Positions 20,481-30,207 of a DNA stretch of 64,000 nt are shown here, in pieces. A program made the position numbers and the translations under genes. Source of the stretch: Deltaproteobacteria bacterium (GTDB lineage Bacteria > Myxococcota > UBA727 > VGSZ01). Position 1 is the first letter of the stretch; each line of letters begins with the position of its first letter. The stretch spans positions 114 through 64,113 of the forward strand of contig JADZDP010000136.1 in NCBI GenBank assembly GCA_020850995.1. The letters run 5' to 3'. The notes under the pieces are model-generated. The model was not told where the DNA came from. It was given only the letters and a program-made list of their open reading frames with translations, and ran no database searches.

Positions 20481-21435
20481 CCCCGCGCATGGGGCGCAGC
20501 GCGGGGTCGCGCGCGCTCGGCACGTCAACGGGCAGGGGCAGCTCGTCGACGCTCGCGAGCGTCACCTGCTGCTCGAGGGCGGCGCCGCGCACCAGCTCGG
20601 CCACGGCGCCCACCGACACGCCGCGGTGGTTGGTGGACACCAAGAGCAGGCCGCCGGGGGAGAGCGCGGCCAGGGCCTGCGCCGCCAGCGCCGGCAGGTC
20701 GTCCTCGACGCGAAAGCGGCGCGCGCGGCCGCCCTTGGCCTTGCGCGTGGCGGTGGTGGGCGGGTCGAGCACGATGACGCCGTAGGCCGGCCCGCGCCGC
20801 GCCGCGCGCTCCAGCACGTCGAGCGCGTCGTCGACGAGGAAGCGGTGCTGGCGCGGGTCGACGCCGTTGAGCGCCAGGTTGAGCGCCGCCCACTGCGCGC
20901 AGCGCCGCGACAGGTCGACGTGATCGACGCGGGCGGCGCCGCCCGCCGCCGCCGCCACGCCGAAGGCACCGGCGTGGGCGAACAAGTTGAGCACCACCTG
21001 GCCGCGCGCCGCCTCGCGCACCAGCCGCCGGCCCTCGCGCTGATCGACGAACAGCCCGGCGCCCGCGGCCTCGTCGTCGGCGGTGCGCACGGCGTAGCGC
21101 AGCCCCGCCTCGTGCACCACGTGCAGGGGCGGCACCTCGCCCAAGAGGCGCACCAGCGCGCTCGCGCCGCCGGCGCTGCGCAGGCGCGCCACCACCGCGT
21201 TGGCCCCGAGCTCCAAGGCCAGCGCCGTGGCCATGGCATTGCTCTCCTGCGGCAGCGTCGCGCCGCGCAGCTCCAAGCGCAGCACCGGCCCGAAACGGTC
21301 CACCACCACGCCCGGGCATCCGTCGGCGGCGTCGTCCACCAGGCGCAGCACGTCGGTGCCCAGGGGCAGCGCCATGGTCGCGCGGCGGCGCGCCGCGCCG
21401 AGGACCGCCGCCACGCTCACGGGCGCGTTCGTCAC
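20428..21435 (-). CDS. class I SAM-dependent rRNA methyltransferase (RlmI/RlmK-like, no PUA domain)
   Basis: SAM motif VLNLFAHAGAFGVAAA, motif IV VIVLDPP. Confidence 0.7.
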   Translation of the reverse strand: MTNAPVSVAAVLGAARRRATMALPLGTDVLRLVDDAADGCPGVVVDRFGPVLRLELRGATLPQESNAMATALALELGANAVVARLRSAGGASALVRLLGEVPPLHVVHEAGLRYAVRTADDEAAGAGLFVDQREGRRLVREAARGQVVLNLFAHAGAFGVAAAAGGAARVDHVDLSRRCAQWAALNLALNGVDPRQHRFLVDDALDVLERAARRGPAYGVIVLDPPTTATRKAKGGRARRFRVEDDLPALAAQALAALSPGGLLLVSTNHRGVSVGAVAELVRGAALEQQVTLASVDELPLPVDVPSARDPALRPMRGVTARRAAAAAPAASSRA

Positions 21436-22301
21436 GCCACGCGGCGGCGGTTGGTCTGCACGCGCGCCAACAGCTCCTCGAGGAGCGCCACCTCGCTGGC
21501 CGCGGTGGGCAGCTGGCTCGGCGCGCCCACCACCGGCAGCTCGTCGGCGGTGGCGGCGGCGATGACGTCGCCCACGGAGAAGGCCACGTCGAGGCTCTGC
21601 ATGCCCACGGGCGCGTCGTCGGTGGCCATGACCGGCGCGGTGGTGGGTGCGGACGCCTGGCCCTCCGCGCCGAGCTCGAGCTCCACGTCGAAGCCGAGCT
21701 CGGCGCTGGCGGCGCTCGACGCGGTGTTCGACGCAGTGTTCGGCGCAGTGTTCGGCGCAGTGTTCGGCGCAGTGTTCGGCGCAGTGTTCGGCGCAGTGTT
21801 CGCCGCAGTGTTCGCCGCAGCGCTCGGCGCCCCTTCGGCGACGTCGCTCCAGTCGTCGTCGGCGGAGAGGCCCAGGGCTGGTGCCGGGCGCGCAGGTGAG
21901 CTGAGCTCGGCGGCGCGGGAGCGCGCGGCGCGCAGCTCGCCGAGCCGCTCGCGCACCAGCTCGTTGCCCGGGCTCTCGGCCGCCGCGCGCTCGTAGAGCG
22001 TGATGGCGCCCTCGAGGTCGCCGACGTTGGCGGCGGCCTCGGCCTCGGCCTCCAGCGACGCAGCCCCGGCCGCCTGCGGCGCGTTCGAGCGCGCGCCGTC
22101 TTCCACGTACATCTGGTGCACCTCGGTCCAGCGCTTGTGCACCTCGTACAGGCGTGGGTCCTGGCGCTCCTGCAGGGTCTGGTAGCAGAGCGACAGGTCG
22201 CGCACGGCGTTGGCGAAGTCACCGCGGCGCACCAGCTCGTGCGCGCGCTGCCACAGCTCTTCGACGGTGAGGGTCTCGCTCATGCCCGCATCTTCGTGCA
22301 T
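21432..22301 (-). CDS. TPR-like protein with internal NTAP x9 tandem repeat
   Basis: N-terminal helical TPR-like region; central ANTAANTAPNTAPNTAPNTAPNTAPNTASNTAS. Confidence 0.5.
   Translation of the reverse strand: MHEDAGMSETLTVEELWQRAHELVRRGDFANAVRDLSLCYQTLQERQDPRLYEVHKRWTEVHQMYVEDGARSNAPQAAGAASLEAEAEAAANVGDLEGAITLYERAAAESPGNELVRERLGELRAARSRAAELSSPARPAPALGLSADDDWSDVAEGAPSAAANTAANTAPNTAPNTAPNTAPNTAPNTASNTASSAASAELGFDVELELGAEGQASAPTTAPVMATDDAPVGMQSLDVAFSVGDVIAAATADELPVVGAPSQLPTAASEVALLEELLARVQTNRRRVA
21721..21828. repeat. 9 tandem copies of a 12-nt unit (gcagtgttcggc), in frame, coding NTAP repeats
   Basis: read directly. Confidence 0.9.
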
Positions 22302-22355
22302 GCGCGGCCTGAACGCGAGCCAAGGACCTGCCTGGGCGCGCGTGGCACTCGGATC

Positions 22356-23783
22356 TCAGCGCCGCGGCGCCTTCACCACCTCGACGGCGGGGACCTTGCG
22401 CACCGGGCGGCGCGCCGGGCGCTTGGGCGCCTCGTCGTCGTCCTTGGGGGCTCGGGCGCGGCGCGCGGGCTTGGCCGCGGGCGCGGGCTCGTCGTCGCCG
22501 CCGGTCGCGGCGTGGGCCGCGTCGGTGGCGGGCGCAGGCTCGGGCGCGGAGGCGGGCACGATCGGCGCGGCGGGCGCGCCTCCCGATGCTCGCGACGTCC
22601 CCCTCCGCGTCGGGTCGCGACGTGGCTCAGCCGCTTCCCCGAGATCGGGGGAGCCCCCTTGCTGCCCTGTGGCCTCCCCCGATTGCGGGTGGTGAGCCGC
22701 TGCTCCTTGCGGCTCCGCGAGGGAGGGGGCGTCGGCCGCCACGAGCTCGGAGACGGGTGCAGGCGCGGGCGGCGCCGCGTCGGCGGCGCTCGTCGTCGTC
22801 GCCACGGGCAGCGGGCGCAGCCGACGATGCTCGGCCAGGCTGTCGAGGTACAAGCGCTCGTCGCTGGCCGGCAGGATGGCCAGGCGGATGCGGTCGTCGG
22901 GGAAGCGGTTGACGATCTTGTTGACCAAGTAGTTGAGCGAGGCCAGCGCGGCGTTGCCCATGGCGAAGAGCGCGTCGCCCGCGTTGGCTGAACGCCGCTC
23001 CGGCGGCAGCGTCGCGGCGGGCCCGCGCTCGAGGACCGTGACCACCACCTTCGGGCGCGTGCCGTCGTCGATCAGCCGCGCCACCACGGTGGCGTCGCGG
23101 CCCGCGGCCTCGACCACCTGGTGCACGCAGCGCTCGGCGTCGGCGCGCTTCTGCTCCGCCGGCGTCTTCAGCGTGTACTCGAAGCGGTCGTCCTCCTCGA
23201 AGTCGAAGAAGCGCTGCGCGCGCCGATCGCTGCCGTCGCCCACGGGCGCCGCGACGTGGTTGTGGCGCGCGCCGCGCCCCTGGCGGCCCTGCTCGTGCCG
23301 GGCCTCGCCGCCGCCCGCCTCGTCGAGGTCGTGGCCGCCGCGCTCGTCGTCACCGAAGCCGCGTGCCGGCGCGCCGTACGACTCCTCGAGGGTCTTGCCC
23401 GGGAAGGGGCGCGGCACGTTGGCGGCGATGAGCGGGTTGACGCCGCCCACCAGGAAGCGCCCCACGCGCTCGGGCGCCGACACGCCCTTGGGCCGGCGCC
23501 GTCGACGTCGCCCGTCGAGCTCGATGAGCACCCCCGACAGCTCGTGCGTGGGCGAGGCCTCGATGCGGTTGCCCACGCTGTCTTCGGGGACCCACTCGGC
23601 CTCGTCGGGGTCCTTGCGGTTGCCGAGGTCGTCGGGGGGCAGGTGCACGGCCTTGAGCTGCCGTCGGTTGCCGAGGTCGTCGCCGGGCTGCACGCCGTTG
23701 GGCTCACCCGTGCCGAAGCCGTAGTGCTGGTGGTGGTGGCCGCCGCCGCCGCCGCGGTGACGTCGATGCTTGCGAAATCCCAT
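22356..23783 (-). CDS. jag: Jag/KhpB-like RNA-binding protein (KH-like + R3H-like) with long Ala/Pro-rich disordered C-terminal tail
   Basis: 10 nt downstream of yidC; KH-like DALFAMGNAALASLNYLVNKIVNRF; R3H-like LPASDERLYLDSL. Confidence 0.5.
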   Translation of the reverse strand: MGFRKHRRHRGGGGGHHHQHYGFGTGEPNGVQPGDDLGNRRQLKAVHLPPDDLGNRKDPDEAEWVPEDSVGNRIEASPTHELSGVLIELDGRRRRRRPKGVSAPERVGRFLVGGVNPLIAANVPRPFPGKTLEESYGAPARGFGDDERGGHDLDEAGGGEARHEQGRQGRGARHNHVAAPVGDGSDRRAQRFFDFEEDDRFEYTLKTPAEQKRADAERCVHQVVEAAGRDATVVARLIDDGTRPKVVVTVLERGPAATLPPERRSANAGDALFAMGNAALASLNYLVNKIVNRFPDDRIRLAILPASDERLYLDSLAEHRRLRPLPVATTTSAADAAPPAPAPVSELVAADAPSLAEPQGAAAHHPQSGEATGQQGGSPDLGEAAEPRRDPTRRGTSRASGGAPAAPIVPASAPEPAPATDAAHAATGGDDEPAPAAKPARRARAPKDDDEAPKRPARRPVRKVPAVEVVKAPRR

Positions 23784-23793
23784 GGAGACTCTC

Positions 23794-25542
23794 TTAGGCG
23801 TATTTCTTCTTGATGTAGAGCTGCTGCGCCATGGTGAGCAGGCTGTTGGTGATCATGTAGATCGACAAGCCCGACGCCATGCTCAGCATCAAGAACGAGA
23901 AGAACACCGGCATGCCCCACATCATGTACTTCATCTGGGGCTGGTCGGAGGGGGGCGGCTGCAGCCAGGTCTGGAACAGCATCAGCGCGCCCACGATGAG
24001 CGGCAAGAGCGAGATGCCGAAGGGTAAGAGCATGTCGGGCTGCGTGAGGTCGAGGATGCCCAAGGTCCAGGGCGCGGCCGCGAAGGGCTGCTGGTAGAGC
24101 TCCACGGCCTGCGACAGCGTGCGGTAGAGCGCGAACCAGATGGGCATTTGCACTAGCACGGGGAAGCAGCCGGCCAACGGGTTGATGCCCTTCTCCTTGT
24201 AGAGCTCCATCTGCTTTTGGCCGAGCACCGTGCGGTCGTGGCCATACTTCTTGGTGAGCTCGTCGACCTCGGGCTTGATCTTCTTGATCTGCTGCATCGA
24301 CACGTAGCTCTTCTGCGTCAGCGGGAAGGTGAGGGCCTTCATGAGCAGCGTGAGCAGGATGATGGCGACGCCGAAGTTGCCCAGGTACTTGTAGAGCTGC
24401 ACCAGCACCCAGAGCATGGGGCGGCTCAGCACGCCGAAGATGCCGAAGTTGATGTTCTCGGCCAGCTCGTGACCGAACTCTTGCAACAGGCCCACTTGCT
24501 TGGGCCCAAAGTACGAGAGCACCTCGAGCGACTTGACCTCGCCGGGCGCCAGGGTCACGTCTTTCAGCTCGAGCACGATCTCGAGGCCGTGCGTCACCTC
24601 GCCGCCCACCTCCTTTGGGTTGATGGTGATGGGCTTGGCGGCGCAGCGCTGCGTGGGCGCGGCGTCGAGCACCACGGCGCCCAGGAAGTAGTGGCGGTCG
24701 ATGCCCGCGTAGGTGACGGCGCCGTCGAACTTCTCGGGCTCCTTCTCGACCTCGCGCGAGGTGAAGGTCTCGCGGCTGCCGGCCACCATGCACACGCCGG
24801 CCAGCGCGTCGGGGGTGGGGTTGAACATGCCGCCCTGGTCGCGCTCGCCCGGTCGCTCCATGCCGGTGAGCACCAGGTCGAGGCTGGCGGTCTGCGGCGC
24901 CGCGCTCTCGTTCTTGAGCTCGATAGTATGCGTGAAGGCGAAGCGCGCGGGGTCGAAGCTGTAGCGCCGCGTGACGCGCACGCCCGAGGGCGTGACGCGC
25001 GACATGGCGGCGCCGCGCTCGTTCTCCTCGACCACCTCATAGGGCGCGTTGGCGGCCAGCGCCACGGTGCCGCCGCGCGAGCGCAGCGCCAGCGACTGCG
25101 ACCCGGTCTCGCCGGCAGCGGCGAGGTCGATGGGCGGCGCCACGCCTGTTGCCTTGTCCTTGCGCAGCACGTCTTGGTAGCCGTCGAGCTGGAAGCTCGA
25201 GATCTGCGCGCCATGGCTGGTGAGCTCGGCGCGGTAGCCGCCCTTCACGCCCACGCCGGCGCCGGTCATCGCCGCGGCCACGTTGGCGCTAAAGCTGCGC
25301 TTCTCCTCGGGCAAGAGGTCGGGCGTGCCCGACGGCGCCGACAGCTCCGCAGGCGCCGCGGCCAGGGGCGCCGGCGTTGCCGCCGGGGTGGCCTCGGGCG
25401 GGGGCGGGGGCGGCGCCTTGGGCGCCAGCATCTGGAAGCCCGCCCACACGAGCGTGACCAGCGTGACGGTGACGAGGAGGCGCTTGGTGTCGGGTCCCTG
25501 CGGCTCGAGGCCCGGGAGCATCCCGCCCGGCTGCATGCTCAT
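23794..25542 (-). CDS. yidC: membrane protein insertase YidC
   Basis: N-terminal TM + large periplasmic domain + 5 C-terminal TM; basic tail KKKYA; start taken at MSMQPGG. Confidence 0.85.
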   Translation of the reverse strand: MSMQPGGMLPGLEPQGPDTKRLLVTVTLVTLVWAGFQMLAPKAPPPPPPEATPAATPAPLAAAPAELSAPSGTPDLLPEEKRSFSANVAAAMTGAGVGVKGGYRAELTSHGAQISSFQLDGYQDVLRKDKATGVAPPIDLAAAGETGSQSLALRSRGGTVALAANAPYEVVEENERGAAMSRVTPSGVRVTRRYSFDPARFAFTHTIELKNESAAPQTASLDLVLTGMERPGERDQGGMFNPTPDALAGVCMVAGSRETFTSREVEKEPEKFDGAVTYAGIDRHYFLGAVVLDAAPTQRCAAKPITINPKEVGGEVTHGLEIVLELKDVTLAPGEVKSLEVLSYFGPKQVGLLQEFGHELAENINFGIFGVLSRPMLWVLVQLYKYLGNFGVAIILLTLLMKALTFPLTQKSYVSMQQIKKIKPEVDELTKKYGHDRTVLGQKQMELYKEKGINPLAGCFPVLVQMPIWFALYRTLSQAVELYQQPFAAAPWTLGILDLTQPDMLLPFGISLLPLIVGALMLFQTWLQPPPSDQPQMKYMMWGMPVFFSFLMLSMASGLSIYMITNSLLTMAQQLYIKKKYA

Positions 25543-25638
25543 GTGCGGTGGTGTCCTTTGGCTGGGGACGTAGTGGACCCGCTCGGGTGCGGCAAGGGAC
25601 CTTCCAAACGCGGCCCTTCCCTGTAGATCCAAGGCGCG

Positions 25639-26043
25639 ATGGCATTACAACCCTCGAAGCTCCTCGAGCGCTTCCCGAACCCCGAGCCGGCGCGCGATTA
25701 CGAGATCGCCTTCGACTGCCCGGAGTTCACCTGTCTGTGTCCGCTCACTGGGCAGCCCGACTTCGCGCGCATCCAGATCCGCTATGTGCCCAACCGCTTC
25801 TGCGTGGAGTCCAAGAGCCTCAAGCAGTACCTGTGGAGCTTCCGCGACGAGGGCGCCTTCCACGAGCAGGTGACGAACCAGATCGCCGACGACCTGGTGG
25901 CCGCCGTCGGACCCCGCAGCCTGAGCGTGCAGGGGACCTTCAACGTGCGCGGCGGCATCGGCGCCACGGTCACGGTCACGCACGACGCGTCGAGCGCCAA
26001 GCGCATCCCCCTGCGCGACGACGTGGGCGAGCGGAAGAGCTGA
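25639..26043 (+). CDS. queF: NADPH-dependent 7-cyano-7-deazaguanine reductase (YkvM-type QueF)
   Basis: QueF motif [13 protein letters not shown] and catalytic Cys in [11 protein letters not shown]. Confidence 0.85.
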   Translation: MALQPSKLLERFPNPEPARDYEIAFDCPEFTCLCPLTGQPDFARIQIRYVPNRFCVESKSLKQYLWSFRDEGAFHEQVTNQIADDLVAAVGPRSLSVQGTFNVRGGIGATVTVTHDASSAKRIPLRDDVGERKS

Positions 26044-26056
26044 TGGCGGCGGTGGC

Positions 26057-26278
26057 TCAGGTCGCGGTCTTGAGCCGCGGCGCCGTCGCGCGCGCGCGGG
26101 TGCGGCGCACGGCGCCCAAGCCCGAGAGCGCCACCAACCCGCCGGCGCCGATGGCGAGCGCGACGGGCGCCAGGCCCGTCGGCAGCGCCAAGGCCACCAC
26201 ACCCACGGTGAGGGTGGTCCCCAGACCCAAGCGGACGGCCAGGCGAGTGAGCGCAGCGCGTTGCAGTCGGCGGGTCAT
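26057..26278 (-). CDS. small membrane protein (73 aa, two TM helices)
   Basis: C-terminal portion of ORF 26057..26830 starting at an internal ATG; the rest is antisense noise. Confidence 0.25.
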   Translation of the reverse strand: MTRRLQRAALTRLAVRLGLGTTLTVGVVALALPTGLAPVALAIGAGGLVALSGLGAVRRTRARATAPRLKTAT

Positions 26279-26332
26279 GGGTCCACCTCCGGGTTCCCCT
26301 GCCAAGCAGAAGGGGTGCCAAGAGCCTGCGAC

Positions 26333-26911
26333 ATGTCGCAGCTGAGGCATTCCGGGCGCTTGCGCTCGGGCCGCGATCGCGGCGCTGCGCACGGCGCTAC
26401 GCACCGCCACCCGCGCGTGCCGGCCTGGGTGCTTCCCGCGCTTCTCGGATGTCTGGCGGAGGGGTGCGCCACCCCACGGGCGGCCACGTCCGAGAGCATC
26501 GACGTGGTCATGCCAGACGGCGCGCGCGCCACGCTGGCGGGCCTGCGCGGCCGCGTGGTGGTGCTCGACGTGTGCGCGTCGTGGGCCTCGGCGTGCAACG
26601 TGAATGCGCGCGTGCTCGACGAGGTGGCGGCGACCTTCGCCGGGCAGCCCGTGGATGTCATCACGCTCTTGTTCGACGAGGGGCCGCTCGGCGCGGCCGC
26701 GCAGCAGAGCTACGTCGAGGTGCTGGGCGTGCGCCACCTGGTGGTGTTGGCCGGCAGCCGCGTGCTCGCTGGCGACAGCGCGCTCGGCGCGCATCGCGAG
26801 GTGCCGCGCCTGGTGGTGATCGACGGCCACGGGCGCGTCGTCATCGACGAGGTGGGCGGCATCGTCAGCGTGGCGGGGGTGGTGGAGCGCGTGCGACCGC
26901 TACTGCCGTAG
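26333..26911 (+). CDS. thioredoxin-fold (TlpA/redoxin-like) lipoprotein with non-canonical active site
   Basis: VVVLDVCASWASAC replaces FWASWCGPC; lipobox LLGC; start uncertain. Confidence 0.4.
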   Translation: MSQLRHSGRLRSGRDRGAAHGATHRHPRVPAWVLPALLGCLAEGCATPRAATSESIDVVMPDGARATLAGLRGRVVVLDVCASWASACNVNARVLDEVAATFAGQPVDVITLLFDEGPLGAAAQQSYVEVLGVRHLVVLAGSRVLAGDSALGAHREVPRLVVIDGHGRVVIDEVGGIVSVAGVVERVRPLLP

Positions 26912-27127
26912 CAGGTCGCGCAAGGCGCGCATGAGCTCGATGCCGTTGTCGTCGTCGGTCATGCGCGCCACCTGGGCGCCCAGGCTGGCCACGATGGGCT
27001 CGAGGTGCCCGGGCTCGAGCGCGAGCGGGTCGAGCCCCCGCCAGCCGCACTCGAGCTTGAGCACGTTCCACGGCGACACGGTGAAGCGCGCCAGCACGTC
27101 GTAGACGCGGTTGGCGAACTCGGTCAT
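26900..27127 (-). CDS. small conserved hypothetical protein (~75 aa)
   Basis: MTEFANRVYDVLARF...; compact, charged. Confidence 0.3.
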   Translation of the reverse strand: MTEFANRVYDVLARFTVSPWNVLKLECGWRGLDPLALEPGHLEPIVASLGAQVARMTDDDNGIELMRALRDLLRQ

Positions 27128-27277
27128 CCCCCGGGGTCGAAGCCCGCCGGTCGTGAGCATGCGACGATCCTAGGGGCGAGGTCAGGTGATCGCGAGCTTC
27201 GCGCCACTCCTGCAATCGACCGTCTCAGCTCGATCCACGTCGAGCAGAAGCTTGCTTCGCGTTCAATCGGACGGCAG

Positions 27278-28090
27278 CTACAGGAAGCGCTCGACGCCCT
27301 GCTCGTCGAGGGCGCGGCGCGCCAGCGCGGCCCAGCCCGCGTTGGCCGCGGGGCTCGCGGGGCTCGGGTGCGGGATGGAGCCCACGCGCGCGCGCGCACC
27401 CACCACGCGCGCACAGCACCTGGCGGCCCACGCGCCCACGCCGAGCACCAGCGTGGGCTCGAGCGCGCGCACCAAGGCGTCGAGGTGCGCGTCGCATGCG
27501 CCCTCGATGGCGGCGCGCTCGCTCTTCTTGAGCTTGTCGGGCGTGAGGTTCTTGCCACCCTCGTCCATGAACACGAGCGGGCAGTAGTTGGCGATGAAGC
27601 GCGCGGCAAAGAAGTCGCGCGGGTCGGGGAAGCGCTCGGCGATGGCGCCCCACAGGCGCGCGCCGCTCACCTCGCTCTTGGTGCAGGAGAAGCCCAGGAT
27701 GGGGCGCTTCGGGTGCTCGCGCGGCGGCTTGCCCACGGGCGCCTCGATGCCCAGGTAGCGGCGCACCAACGACACCTCGCCGAAGGGCACGCCGGTCTGC
27801 GCCATGCCGAAGGGGCCGGGGTTCATGCCCACCAGCAAGAGCGCGCGCGGCCCGTCGACGTAACGGGTGATGAGCTGCTCGTGCGGCGCGCGCGCGTAGA
27901 CGAGCGGGTTGTAGGTCAGCGCCACCGGCGCCTCGAAGCGCATGCGATCGACGGCGGCCGCCAGGGTGCGCGCGGCGTCGATCAGGGCGGCGGCGGTGGC
28001 GTTCACGGGGTGCGACCATACAGCGGGCGGCGCCAGCGTCGATCGCTCGCGAACGCCTTCGCCAGCGCTGCCCGTGCGTGTAGCGTGCAC
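27278..28090 (-). CDS. uracil-DNA glycosylase, SMUG1-like family
   Basis: LLVGMNPGPFGMAQTGVPFG and C-terminal HPSP. Confidence 0.7.
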   Translation of the reverse strand: MHATRTGSAGEGVRERSTLAPPAVWSHPVNATAAALIDAARTLAAAVDRMRFEAPVALTYNPLVYARAPHEQLITRYVDGPRALLLVGMNPGPFGMAQTGVPFGEVSLVRRYLGIEAPVGKPPREHPKRPILGFSCTKSEVSGARLWGAIAERFPDPRDFFAARFIANYCPLVFMDEGGKNLTPDKLKKSERAAIEGACDAHLDALVRALEPTLVLGVGAWAARCCARVVGARARVGSIPHPSPASPAANAGWAALARRALDEQGVERFL

Positions 28091-28092
28091 GC

Positions 28093-28749
28093 GTGCGCCA
28101 CCTGTCGACGGACCCGCGCTGTGCGCGCTGCGCGCTCAAGCCCGCCCTGTGCATCTGCGAGCGGCTGCCGCGCCTGGCCACGCGCACGCACGTCTGCTTC
28201 GTCACCCATGCGCTCGAGGACCACAAGAGCACCAACACCGGCCGCCTGACCCGGGCCGTCCTCGAGAACAGCTCACTGTGCCTGTTCGGCAACGACCTGC
28301 CGGCGCTGCCGCGCCTGCCCTGGCCCGAGGGACATCGCCCGGTGGTGCTGTTCCCGCAGCGCGGCGCGCCGGCGGTAAACAAGGCCCTGCTCGACGACGA
28401 GCGCCCGCTCGCCTTGGTGGTGCTCGACGGCACCTGGCGCCAGGCGAACCGCTGGCGCAAGCGCTTCTTGGTGGAGCGCGTGCCCTTCGCGGTGCCGCCG
28501 CCCGGGGGCCCCGGCCGCTACCGCCTGCGCACGGCGCCGAGCGAGCAAGGCCTGTGCACCATCGAGGCGGTGGCGCGCGCCCTGGGCGCGCTCGAGGGCC
28601 GCGCCGTCCATGACGCGCTCGTCGACGCGCTCGAGCTCTTCCAGTCGCGCCTCTTGTGGCTGCGCGGCGCCATCGATCGCGACGCGGTGGTGGGCGGCTT
28701 GCCCGCGCACGTGCGCCGCCAAGACGGGCTCTCGGTCAAACCGCCTTGA
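28093..28749 (+). CDS. DTW-domain tRNA-uridine aminocarboxypropyltransferase-like protein
   Basis: N-terminal Cys cluster CARCALKPALCIC; DTW motif VVLDGTWRQA. Confidence 0.7.
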   Translation: MRHLSTDPRCARCALKPALCICERLPRLATRTHVCFVTHALEDHKSTNTGRLTRAVLENSSLCLFGNDLPALPRLPWPEGHRPVVLFPQRGAPAVNKALLDDERPLALVVLDGTWRQANRWRKRFLVERVPFAVPPPGGPGRYRLRTAPSEQGLCTIEAVARALGALEGRAVHDALVDALELFQSRLLWLRGAIDRDAVVGGLPAHVRRQDGLSVKPP

Positions 28750-29131
28750 GCACCTCGGTGAGCCGGGGCGTGAGCGCGCCGACGCTGGCGGTGTCGTCGA
28801 GCAGGCTGCCCAGGCGCGACAAGAGCGCGATCTCTCCCACCACGGCGATGGGGCCGAGCTCGGGGCGCGCAAGCTCTCGCACCGGTGCTCCGAGCAGCGA
28901 CGCGAAGGCGTCTTTGGCCCACACCACGATGCAGTCGGCGTCGGTGTCGGCCTCGTCGACGATGGCGGTGGGCGAGCGGGCGTCGCCGAAGGTGACGGTC
29001 CACGAGCCCACGCCCTCCACCATGATGGTGAGCGCGCCCTGGATCTGGGCGAAGCGCCGCGATCGCGTCTCGATCGCCGCGGGCAAGAGCTCATCGAAGA
29101 ACCGCACTACCTGCTGCGCCGCCGTGCCCAT
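28736..29131 (-). CDS. SCP2 sterol-binding domain protein
   Basis: start MGTAAQQVVRFFDELLP; SCP2-like length and pattern. Confidence 0.55.
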   Translation of the reverse strand: MGTAAQQVVRFFDELLPAAIETRSRRFAQIQGALTIMVEGVGSWTVTFGDARSPTAIVDEADTDADCIVVWAKDAFASLLGAPVRELARPELGPIAVVGEIALLSRLGSLLDDTASVGALTPRLTEVLKAV

Positions 29132-29258
29132 GGCACCTCCCGATCGCCCCCCGGACCGAGCACAGTATCGGTGCCCCCGACGCAAAGGTGCGCCTTTGTC
29201 CTACATACCTGACAATCGCGGCGAATCTGCGTGCAACATATTGAAAAAGAACGTGAAA

Positions 29259-29621
29259 TCAGGGTGCTTGGTCGGGGTAGTGCGACAGGCCCACGCGGGT
29301 GCCATCGGGGTCGCGCACGTAGAGGGTGAACGCGGTCTCGCCCTCGATGGGGTGGCCGGCCTCTGCCAGGCGTGCGCGCCACTGTTCGCGCTCGGCGGGG
29401 GCGATGGCGAGGGCGAGCAGGAAGAGCCCCGCGCGCTGGCTCTTCCACGGATCGGCGGGTGGATCACCCCCGCAGCGCTCGAGCATGAGGATGGTGCCCT
29501 GCGCGTCGACCCAGAGGGCGTGCGCCTGGCGCCGCACCTCGGGCAGGCCCAGCACCTCCACCCAGAAGCGGCGCGCGCGCTCGAGGTCGATGACCTGGAT
29601 GGCGACGTGGTGGACGCGCAC
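29259..29621 (-). CDS. VOC/glyoxalase-family protein
   Basis: GTG start; VHHVAIQVIDLERARRFW...DPDGTRVGL. Confidence 0.65.
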   Translation of the reverse strand: MRVHHVAIQVIDLERARRFWVEVLGLPEVRRQAHALWVDAQGTILMLERCGGDPPADPWKSQRAGLFLLALAIAPAEREQWRARLAEAGHPIEGETAFTLYVRDPDGTRVGLSHYPDQAP

Positions 29622-29632
29622 CGCCGAGCCTA

Positions 29633-30136
29633 CGACTGCGCCTTCTGCTTGAGCGCCGCCAGCTCGTCCTCGAGCTTCTGCTGCTTGGCGCGGGCGGCGT
29701 CGGCGGCGGCCGCTTCGGCCTTGGCCTTGGCCTCGGCCTCGCTGGCGGCGCGCTCGTCGGCCTTCTTGGCCTCGAGCCGAGCGGTGGCGCGGGCCTTGAG
29801 CGCGGCGAGCTTGGGCTTGGCAAAGAGCCAGCCTGCGCCGCCGATGCCGAGCACCAGCAAGAGCCCCACGGCGTACTTCCACAGCGCGGCGAGCACGCTC
29901 ATGAGCGAGAGCACGGCGACGATGCCGATGACGCCGCCGAGGATGATCTTGATCTTGCGCGAGCGCCGCTTGGCCTCGTCTTCGTGGGCGCGCTGCTGCT
30001 TCTGCTCGGGGCTCAGCGTGAGGTCGTCGAGGGCGCGCTTGGCCATGGCCTTGCCGGCGGCCAGCGCGGCGTCGCCCCCGAGCTTGCTGCCGAGCGCGGC
30101 GCTCACCTTGTCCTTGAGATCCTCGCCCTCCGACAC
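29633..30136 (-). CDS. hypothetical membrane protein (2 TM + K/A/E-rich coiled tail)
   Basis: 168-aa ORF. Confidence 0.4.
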
Positions 30137-30207
30137 GCGCGCCTCCCGCCCACCCTGAGGTAGCGAGCGCCGCGCCTGCTGTCACGAGGGGTCGCGCGCG
30201 CGGCCGG

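Noticed and set aside
25543-25638. preQ1 riboswitch upstream of queF
   Set aside because: Only a short hairpin is present; it lacks the A-rich tail/pseudoknot consensus.
29185-29205. Short hairpin caaagg-tgcgc-cctttg in the AT-rich gap after the glyoxalase gene
   Set aside because: Only 6 bp; a plausible weak terminator but not distinctive.
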